Part shown: piece after piece, positions 37,629-47,119 of the stretch | Position numbering within the stretch: the first letter of the stretch is position 1 | How the letters are laid out: each line of letters opens with the position of its first letter | DNA from: Trypethelium eluteriae | Lineage: Eukaryota | NCBI GenBank assembly: GCA_051942245.1 | Contig: JAVECL010000131.1 | Span: forward strand, 1 to 47,119 | DNA: 47,119 nucleotides | Direction: 5' to 3' | Program-made: the position numbers and the translations under genes | Notes under the pieces: model-generated | The model's input: only the letters and a program-made list of their open reading frames with translations | Told to the model about the DNA's origin: nothing | Database searches by the model: none

Positions 37629-39508
37629 CTAGCAAACAGTGACGTAAAGTCCGATACCGGGCAGATCGTTGTCTTGGAAGTAATTAAGGCTCAAACTGCC
37701 GGTCGCCTTCATCTCGAACCCAACCGTTGTCCCTGCTGGACAACTGTCACTGGAAATGTGGTAAGCTCCACCCGGCTGAAGGTTGTCGACGCTTCCGACG
37801 ACCTGCTGCGCCGCAGGGCTATTCGAATAGGTTGTGCTAGTAGCAGCAGCGGTCGTCAGGATGCTGAGTTGGATACCGCCACTGCCACTAATCTCGTAGT
37901 TCGAAGTACGAAGCTGAGACGCTTCAGGGAGTAAGAAGGTCAACGAGCACGTCTTCCCGGCGTCGGAGGACGGTATGTCAAAATTGAAGAGGGAAGAGAC
38001 GGTTGAGCTGACAGTGCCGTTGTAACTAGTGCCAAGCGCAGTATCGGGCTGTGTACTGTCGATTGGAACAATGAGGTGTGGGTATTCGTAAGGGCCATTG
38101 AGGTCTGTCGGGCAAGCTGGAAGGGCCGAGGTGGCCGAAGAGGACGACGGTGCAGGTGCAGCACCGCCAGCAGACGAGCCGACAATTGTGGTGGTGGGGG
38201 CGGCTGAAGCACCTGATCCAGAGCCCGGGCCTGACCCCGATCCAGAGGATGAGCCAGAGCTAGAAGTTGGGGCTGGATCTGATGGTGCTGGTGCAGATCC
38301 TGCAGGTGCAGAGGAGCCAGAGCCAGAGCCAACACCAGGTGCTGATGCAGATGCCGACGAAGCCGGAGATGACTCAGGCCCGGGCTGGGTATTTGTAGCA
38401 ACAGGTGCCGAGGAGCCCCCAGATCCAGAAACAGCTGTCGCAGTTCCAGTCGCCGATGCACTGCTGGATCCCGAAGAGCTTTGATCGCTAGCACCATTCG
38501 TTCCCGCCGGACAGGTCAAGTTGTATATAGGCTGAGTGCTCAATGTGGAGCCAACGATACCAAAGCTTGGACTCGGCGTATCAGGTGCGGCGTCTTGCAA
38601 AGTGAACCACCAGGTGTTGATCTTGCCAAAGGCAGCGCATCCAGCCTCATCCCAGTACCGCTGGGCATTGGTAATGCTGGCTTGAGCTTGGTTTTCCATT
38701 GGACCAGACACAGGCCAACCGGTTTCAGTAATCCAGACGGGCTTTCCACTGACAGCGCCTTGCGTAGCATCATAGGCGTCCCAAAAGGTTGCATTACCAT
38801 TATCAATAGAGTTTGCCATAGTGGTTTGGTAGTAAGGATAAGCATCCATGCCAATGAAGTCACAAGCATTAATGACAGCATCATTTGAGGAGTTGACCCT
38901 GACGCCAGCTATGAGCACACGACCAAACGTCGTTTGTTTGGAGTTAAACTGGAGACTTACCAAGCAGTCCAAGTGTCGACGTGGCCTACCGGCACAGAAG
39001 AAAGGGCAGTATTGGCAATGGCACTGCGAACTTGGCTAATGAAATTGGCAACGACATCGGGATCAGCACCGGCGCCAGACATATTCTCAATGCCCGTAGG
39101 GGAGATGCGATACAGGTCCTCGCTGCCGACAGAAATACCGGCAACAAGACTCGCGAAGCTGCTGCCATATTGAGAGATAGCAGAGGAGAGGGCAGCAAGC
39201 TCATTGTTGAAATCACTTTGACCTGCAGATGCCCACAGACCAAGGAGAAGGGTTGTTTGCGTGTCGATGGCAGCTGGAATAGCTTCGATCGGAGTATTAG
39301 TCGTTCCTGCTTGAATCATGGTATAGAGACGAGCGCTCGTGAAGCCTGAGGTACCAACGAGTGCGGAGGCATTTCCGAACTCGTACTGGAAGTCGCTCTG
39401 GACCTTGGGAGCGTTGTTGGTAAACGTCGAACCATAGTTGAAACCCTTGTACACGGCAGAGACACTGCCAAGTGAAGCCGCAAGGGCAAAGAGACTCGAG
39501 GTATACAT
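37629..39508 (-). CDS. Secreted GH17 endo-beta-1,3-glucanase (EglC-like) with Ser/Gly/Pro linker and C-terminal But2-like domain (2 exons)
   Basis: Signal peptide [18 protein letters not shown]. EglC-type motifs [69 protein letters not shown]. Intron 38960-38899. The C-terminal domain [35 protein letters not shown] ends IGLYVTVC*. Confidence 0.92.
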
Positions 39509-42263
39509 GATGCTCTCAATGGAAATGGAATTAGCGAGTGTGTGAAGAAGCTCTTCAGCTAATAGACTACAAAGCAATGAAGCTCTCGTCTGCTCGACGG
39601 TGGAAAGGGAAGAAGAGATGTGGAAGATGGAAGTGAGAGAAAGGGGGTCGGATGCAAAGCCAAGAAAAAGCTGTACATATTCTACCTCAGGGTAATTAGA
39701 CTCCTCTCATCGCGATCCGAGGGAAGTGGGAGCCGGTTCATGCGTTGCCACTTCCCTACGAACCGATGAGAAAATTCTCCTAGCAGATATATGTCTCAAT
39801 GACGTACCTGACCTCACACGGGGCTGGCCTCAATTTTCCCCTGATCTGATTTGCTGTATCCGACATTGCCAATACTTGAGCTGCGGGGATCTCAAGCTTA
39901 TCCCCTGCCTACCGTTGCCGCTACGAGTAAACCGCTAGAACGAGTCTGGCTACGCTCTTCCATTTCAATAGAGCCGGTAGGGCCCTGTCAGCAGTGGTCC
40001 CTACAACGGTCCGATCTTGAGGAGACAGCCAGGACAGCTACGGATGATGGGATGGGATGTCAACGAGATGCCGTTTGCCGCCAGGACCCGGCCGGTGGTG
40101 GATACATCTGACGCGGACGTCAACGTCAGCACGGGGAAATCAGCGAGAATCGAGATGAAGATGAGTCTCAGTGATTCCTGCGTGCACTTGACCCCCTTGT
40201 GCCTTGCGACCGCGTGCCCTTGACACAGCACAGATCCTCGGTTGCTGCCGCGCTTAGCGATTCCTTGCCGACTTGACGGCTTCTAAGAATATCCTACGCT
40301 AGGGAGAAAACGATCAACTACTCCAAAAAAAAAAATATGAAGGTTTCAATGGAGAGTACCGAAGGGTTGGGAAAGAGCTGTATCGCGACACAATTTGCCC
40401 ATTCAAGCGGACATTAAGGCAAACATGCTCTCAGAATAGGATAAAGCTGGTCCCAACAAAAGACTTAGAAGTAATGGCCCAAAACACCATCGAAGTGCGT
40501 GCGATTATACGAGTCACAGCTTTGATATTGTCTATAATAGGTATCCCAGCAATTTGATTTTTGACATCGTGATGGAGATGGACGTGATATTTTTCCGGGT
40601 AACTTCTCTCCCGCTACCAAATTCCTACACAGCATCTCCACGCCTCACCCACCATCGTGGAGAACGAAGTCAACAAACAACATTGGACCAATACCTTAGG
40701 CCGCCACATTCAAAGTCAAACCTTGCTCCAAAGTTTTTTTTGGTTTGCGAGGACGAAAAAAGGAGAGATTGCCATCAGTAGAGCGAAACCTATGGATGCT
40801 GGAGATCAGATTTGCTATCACTGATCCAAGTGAAAGAAGCTGTGCAACGAATGTGAAGTCTAAGATAGAGCTATGCTCTTCATGGCGATGATACATTATC
40901 GGTATTGAGGGATGACACTAATAACTTCGAACAACGTCTCAGGACCGTTTGGCACCCGATATGTCTCCAGAATAATTGTTATATAGCAAGTCAAATAATG
41001 AATTGTTAGTTAAGATGAGGCTTATCTTAGAGCCAATCTCAGGAATGACACGGAGCATTCCTGTTTGATTTTAGGACAGCAATAGCCACCGTGCCCTCGC
41101 AGGGCCTACCTAAAGACAGAGGACAGACAGTCGGGATCAGGCGCGCCCCGATATCAGCGAGTGATCATATATGGCTCTCCATCACTCAATTTACAGAGAA
41201 GTTGAGGCCCACTCAAATGCTAGCTATGGTGGCAGTTGGACCCAAAAGCAGCGGATAACCGCAGATCATTAATAACATGCAAAGCCTTTCTGAACGAGAT
41301 AGAAATAATGAAGATGGAAAGAACAGAGATAGAAAACGAAAAGGAAGAAAGGAGACGGAAAAGGAAAGACTACATTGTCGCTGAACGTATATTACTTACA
41401 AAGGACCATTTTAGCCTCCATAAGCCAATTTTAAATGGTACCGTATGGGCGAGTAAACTTTCAGGCTTGTTGCCGAAGGCAGGCCTTAACCCAGTGAGTC
41501 AGTTAACAAAAACGGAATACTACTACTGAGGGGCAATTTACTACTGGTCAAAATCGGGGCGGCTGACAGTCTACCCGGACAGCGCGCGGTTGTGAAGGCG
41601 TGGGAGTACTCCATATTGGAGGTGGCCGATATCTTTACCTTCCGCGGGCCTTTGTGCCTCTCTAGATCAGAAATGGAAAGGCCAGCGAAACGAATGAATC
41701 CCTTCAGTTGCTACTCTAAAGCTGCTTATCATTGTGAATCTTGGGAGACTGTGTTTAGGCATCTGAAGGCTTTTTATGAGACGGTCATATTCATGGGGAC
41801 ACCAAGCATATTCTACATAGCTCGTTCATTTTCAGTATTAAAGCTATAGAGCTTCTGTGCCAGATTGCGGATAAGTTTTTTTTACGAACAGACGTGTACG
41901 ATAGATCTGCGTAGCTGTCAATCTAGATCGAACCGAGCACTGGGGCAAGATTGAGATATCCAAATCAGATTCACACATCCTCGTCTGGATATCTGTGTCT
42001 ACACGCTGTTACTTAAGAAAGCCCAGTCGTTCAAGAACCGAATTTCATCACTCTGAAATAATGTGATGACATGGAAAAAAGAGCACGGAGATAGAATTTG
42101 TCGCTATAATATTGGCGCCATTAACATGCATGTAACCGGAGTAAGTAATGGAAGGGCTCCATCGTCGCCATTGCCATCTTTACAGAGCATGCCCTCTAAT
42201 CTGCAAAGCTGCCGGTTTGAATCATCTTCCATACTAATATCGTTCCGCTCATCGATTTAGTAT

Positions 42264-43364
42264 TCATCGCCGTCTGTTTCCACTCATCCCTAGAATCTGT
42301 ACCATCCGGATGAAGATGTTTAGGAAGTCCAGTTCTAGAGAGATACTCTCATTGACTGTGTCCTTCTGCATCAAACCCCGCTCCGCCATTCGCGCATGAT
42401 ATAGGACCTTCTGAACGTCATACAACGTGAAGCCACCGAACACGGCCAGACCGCCATACAGCCAAAGGTTCTCCGTCATCATCAATGTCCTGGTCGCAGT
42501 CGCGGGGATGACGAGAGGAGCGAGGCCAGAAAGAGCAACAATGGCAACGCCGGCGAGAAGGGGGCCACCGAGATATAGGTACTTCTCTTGCTTGGCAGTT
42601 GCACCGACGAAGGCAATGGAACCCATCATGCCGACAGTGTAAAGACCAGCACGAGCCAGGATCGCAGGCTGCATGAACATGAGAGGTGCGAGGAGAGCGG
42701 CTTGAGTGAGGTTGAAGGCAGTCCAAAGGCCGTATTTTGCGACGTAGCTGCATTTGCCATTAGCGATCATCCTGAGGATGGGAGGGGATGGAATAGGATT
42801 GTGGATGGTATCTTACTTTTCTGGTGGAGTGGCGCGAGTCGCAATCATAGTACCAATAGAGCCAACCAAACCGATACCCAAGACAAGCCATGGGTTTGCT
42901 GACATTAACCTGTATGACCAGCCGCTGACGTGAAGCTGCCTTGCTGCAAGACCAATGATGCCAATACCGAGACCGGTGTGAAGAAAGGTGTCGTTGAGAT
43001 ATGCACGCTCGAAGGGTGGCATGCCGCCATCTTCGCGAGTTTCGCGGTTGAAGATCAGGTTGATAGCAACGAGCGTTCCACCAAAGATAGCACCACCATA
43101 CAAAAGTCTTTGAGTTAGGTTGCCGCTTCCTGTGCCCGGAGCAGAGTATGTTTGTTGGTTGTAGCTGCGACGAAAGCTGGACTGTAGCGCATTGCGGCTA
43201 GCGAAGAAGGACGAGACTGGACCCGTCAATCTGCTCGAGAAGAAGTTCGAGGGCTTCGATTTAAGTGGCGTTTGATGGAATGCGCGGAAGGTTTGCTGCG
43301 GGATGTTGGAGCTTTGTTTCAAGGCGCCCGTAACGGCGAAGGGCCGTCGAAGCATGAAGGCCAT
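42264..43364 (-). CDS. Bax inhibitor-1 family membrane protein, mitochondrial GHITM/MICS1-like (2 exons)
   Basis: Arg/Ser-rich, acid-poor presequence-like N-terminus (MAFMLRRPFA...). Motifs NRETREDGGMPPFERAYL, YLYLGGPL, LYGGLAVFGGFTLYDVQK, SLELDFLNIFIRMV, with several hydrophobic segments. Intron 42816-42748 (GTAAGA..GCTAAT..CAG). Confidence 0.9.
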
Positions 43365-43887
43365 TCTATGCTTTCGGAAGCTTGGGGTTGACCGTGACAA
43401 AGATTTGGGGAAAGGTGTTAGGTAGAGAAGAGAGGACGGCGCTGTTGTGAAGGTCTCCGACAGGATAGAATGGTGGAATGACGCAGGGCGATTATCTAAG
43501 CGCCGCGGTGGCGCATGCCGATGGAGAGTGGCGGAACTTGCTCGAACGTCACTTTAGACTCCCTCGCATCGACAAAGCGAACAAGTCAAGATGCATATCC
43601 TATCCTAAGAGCAAGTACTAGCGCAGCTGATTCGAGATCAAGCTCTATTCGCTTGAAAGCATATCAGCAAGTTTCGCGAAGTCTATCTCATTCATTCTAT
43701 GACCTGCAGCATCGCCTCCATTTGATTCATAAATCGCTCTGCTGGTACCATCTATCCATCAAAATTACCAGGCTAGCTGTGAGATCAAAAGCGCCAGGAA
43801 TATGGCTTCCGTTTTCCAGGTAGGAATCTTGATCAAAGCTTGCCCTCCAGTCGATCGTAGTATGGCATCCAGTCGCGCAGGAGGAAG

Positions 43888-45653
43888 CTAAGCAGGCTTC
43901 CATTCGAAATGATATTTGCCCATGACCGGGTCTGCTGTGTCGGGATCACCTTTCTTGTCGTACATGTGCTTGCCGAAGTAGTCAAGCTGTGCCTCAGTCA
44001 TTTGGGTGGGAAGATCTGTATAACATCAGCAAGAATGAAACCCTCGCAGTTGGATCCACCTAGATCATCCACCCACCAAGACTTGTGGAGTATTTCAAAT
44101 AGTCCAATGTTGCCCCAAGAGCGGGAATAACATGATCTCCCTCTATTGCCTTCAGGACCACTTTCTTCAACGGTTGCATTCCGGACTTGAGCTCCTTGGC
44201 CACGTGCTGGTGGAACAGCATGTTCATTGAATCGCCCTTCTTCTGGACTTCTTGATACCCTTCCATGATAGGTCGAATCAACTCTTCGATTCCGTCGGCT
44301 TGGATGATGCAGCCTGCACGCCAAATCTGGAGCACTTCGGTATAGTTAATATACCACTTATTGGTGCGGTCAGCAGATTCGATAATGTTCAGTCCCTGGA
44401 CAAATGCAGCGAGGCATGAGGTATACACAGCCATGCGCAGATCTTCCAAAAACTGCGCTTTGTCCTGAACATCGAGCTTCTGTGCCGGCCAATCACCGCC
44501 GAATGTCTGCTGTGCACGAGCACGCTGCCCCCGATCGGCGGACGCGAGACGAAGGAAGTGGGATGTGGTCAGAGTAGGTGCCGGAATGTGCTGTGCAACA
44601 GCTTCTTCATTAGACCAGACGCCGGTGCCTTCCTCACCACACACGTCTTGAACGACCTTATCCACGACCGTGTTCAGTACGTACTCATCGTTGCTCTTTG
44701 GGTCCTTCATGGTACTGATTTTGGCAGTTATATCAATGAGGAAAGTCCCGCGCTGTGTTTGGTAAAGAATCGTCAGCGAAATAGCCACAGCTTAAGAGTT
44801 TCCAGGTCCAAATCAATGTGAAACAAGATCTTTCCACTTACAAGACCACCATCCTGGTTCCATTTCCCAAAGGTCGCTCCGACTTCTTCGTTATCCATGC
44901 CCAGTCCCCAATTCATTATCCCCCACGCCTCTGAGATTGCGCTCATCATTCCGTGCTCAATGCCATTATGTATCATCTTCACGTAGTGTCCTGCTCCTCC
45001 CAAGCCAGCCTTTCCCACACATGCTCTTCCTCTCGCATCTTTTGCGGCCACCTTCCTTAACAACGGCAAGACGATGTCGAGACTTTCGTCATCGCTCCCG
45101 GGACACATGCTTGGCCCTCGGCGTGCTGCCTGGTATCCACCAGAGACGCCGCAACCAATATATCGAATTCCTCTGACAACGCATTTACCTTGCCTCCGCT
45201 CAGTATTCTCCCAGTGCTCATTGGCGCAGTCCAGTATAATGTCTCCCTTTTCAAGATATGGCATGAGTCCTTCGAGGACTGCATCCCCAACGGTGCCATG
45301 GGGAAGACTAAAGACGAAGAGTTTGGGGCTACCAAGTGATTCGCATAGGGACTTGTAGTCTGGAAACTTATCACCATGATGTACTGTCTGGACGTTTTAT
45401 CATGTAGCGAACCCTTGTGTTTATGAATTCGGCCATCTATGCCGATCTTTTGGGCTTGCTGCATAATGTAATCGATGGCCTGATCCGAAGGGTCGCTCAA
45501 CGAGACATGAAGGCCATTCTCAGCAAACAGCTGGGCCATTCCTCCACCCATAGAACCACAGCCAATCACGGCCAACTGTACTTACTGTCAATTGACCAGA
45601 TTTCGTCTTCGAAAATGATGATGTACCTTCTTGAAGTCCGGTGCCTGAGCCAT
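43888..45653 (-). CDS. 6-phosphogluconate dehydrogenase family protein, divergent paralogue (5 exons)
   Basis: Exons 45653-45627, 45575-45413, 45359-44842, 44752-44077, 44015-43888. Motifs: VIGCGSMG, GDIILDCANE, GCGVSGG, GAGHYVKMIHNGIE, WRAGCII, EAQLDYFGKH, YHFEWKPA*. Confidence 0.9.
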
Positions 45654-46427
45654 ACTTGCAAATGATTCACTTCAATAGTGGGCAAGGTCCAATTCATGAG
45701 TCTGCAAAAACGCTGGAGAATCAACAATAATTATTTCTGGCCGCAACGACTCATGTGAAGCAGCGTTAATGTTGAATCTGTTCTATCGAGCCTAAATTCA
45801 ATATTAGAGCACTGAATCAATTGCCCCGCATGACGTCGCCTCTTGTACCACGGCAATTGACGCCTCTCTCCGAGACTGAATTTAAGGAAGCACCAAGAGG
45901 CGCAATATTTGGAGACTCCATCATATATCATTTCCGTGGTCGTATAGCAAGGCGACCATCCCCTTGTAGGGCGGGTAGGATTGCAGTGTGAAGACCGTCT
46001 CGTCATGTCTCCCGATCTTCGGGTCAATTCAGCCGATCTAAGAAGATACGTAGGTACAACGCCGTTTAACCACAGTGCATAGACATCACTTAGGCGTCTC
46101 ATGAAAAGGGTGAATTCATCTCGACTTGAGAGATTTTGCCCAACTCTTTGAATCATGGGAAATCGACGCCACCTTTCCAACATGATCTTGTTGGTACAGC
46201 TCAGGCTGTCACGCTCGAACACCAGATGACCGGAGTAGGAAACACTTGTGTAGCTGGACCAAAGATGATATAACAACGCTCAATTGCAAAAGAAGCCATA
46301 CCAAAGATTCTTCGGGACTGACCGGGGCTAGGACAAAGGCTCTCGATCACCTCGAATCTACACATAATCTCTAAAACCTCTTTTATGCCCTCTCCAACCC
46401 CTAGTCCTAAAAATTTAACTACAAAAT

Positions 46428-47119
46428 ATGTCTAATCCTCAACAATTCTCTCGTGCCCCCAAATTCTCTCTTAATTCCTCTCAAAGAGCGCGGAATTCTC
46501 CTGGCTCGCGCCAACAACCTCCCGCCAAAACACCAGTCAAACCTCCTCCTCGCTTCTGGTCCCAGACTCCTGCTCCAGTTGAAGACTCCATCGACGACTC
46601 ATCTCAGGACCACGATACTACCTCTCCTGTTACCGCCTCCATCTCGAGTCCTGCCTTCGACCGACCGGACAAGAAGCCGCAATCCGCATCCTCCTCCGAG
46701 GAAGATGAAGACGTCTCCCCCACCACTCCCCACGCACCCACCAAGCGCCGACGTCTACAATCCCCCAGCTCTGCCTCGCACCACCAACCTTCATTCCTCA
46801 CTCCCCGTCCACCCTCCACGCCCGCAGCAGCAGCAACGACATCAACCGGCGCAGGGCCAGCAGCAGAAGCAAGACTCGAGACACCCGCCTCCTTAGCTAA
46901 ACGCTACATCATCCCCACCCACACCACCACCGCCTCAGCCTCGACCGCCACGCCCGACTCTAAGAGCCCTGCGGGGTACATGCAGCCTGTGCCTGAGGTC
47001 TTCTCGCCCCGGCGCCACGGCAGGAAGTACATCCCTGGCGGCATGGCGGACACGGTGGCGGCGTGGGTGGTGGAGGCGGGGGAGTCGGGCACGAGTCCAC
47101 GGAGAGGTAGACGGTCGGG
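46428..47119 (+). CDS. Hypothetical low-complexity, probably nuclear protein (3'-truncated by window edge)
   Basis: ATG in AAATATG context; frame open to the window end: MSNPQQFSRAPKFSL...SSSEEDED..PTKRRRL (NLS-like)...PEVFSPRRHGRKYIPGGMADTVAAWVVE. The last segment looks like a conserved motif. Confidence 0.7.
   Translation, partial: MSNPQQFSRAPKFSLNSSQRARNSPGSRQQPPAKTPVKPPPRFWSQTPAPVEDSIDDSSQDHDTTSPVTASISSPAFDRPDKKPQSASSSEEDEDVSPTTPHAPTKRRRLQSPSSASHHQPSFLTPRPPSTPAAAATTSTGAGPAAEARLETPASLAKRYIIPTHTTTASASTATPDSKSPAGYMQPVPEVFSPRRHGRKYIPGGMADTVAAWVVEAGESGTSPRRGRRS

Noticed and set aside
34594..39349. Long plus-strand ORFs (34594-35172, 38098-38484, 38481-38888, 38981-39349)
   Set aside because: Antisense shadows of the AsnB-like and GH17 genes.
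45731..46276. 181-aa minus-strand ORF between the divergent 6PGDH-like and hypothetical genes
   Set aside because: Non-ATG start, no recognisable motif, and it occupies the expected shared promoter region.

Overview
Filamentous ascomycete (Pezizomycotina-type) genomic DNA with spliceosomal introns. The two flanks are gene-dense. Left (1-7.5 kb): the 3' end of a CaaX-terminated protein, an aromatic-type aldehyde dehydrogenase, a Kre9/KNH1-like Ser/Thr-rich GPI wall protein and a GH5 exo-beta-1,3-glucanase. Right (34.3-47.1 kb): an AsnB-like glutamine amidotransferase, a GH17 glucanase fused to a But2-like C-terminal domain, a Bax-inhibitor-1/GHITM-like protein, an atypical 6-phosphogluconate dehydrogenase paralogue and the 5' end of a hypothetical protein. 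All seven complete genes are on the minus strand. Between the flanks lie about 26.8 kb (7.5-34.3 kb) with no recognisable conserved gene and no obvious AT-rich RIP signature. The most striking element there is a 1.6-kb hierarchical array (23.73-25.38 kb) of nine modules separated by purine tracts. Each module can fold on the minus strand into a three-way junction with a cUUCGg tetraloop and 1-4 copies of a ~29-nt hairpin subunit, with apparent compensatory changes. A 29-bp minisatellite and a 20-bp palindrome precede it. A second structured three-copy array (31.0-31.7 kb) and a candidate micro-exon orphan gene follow. Exon boundaries, folds and family calls were derived by eye, with no database searches or folding software.
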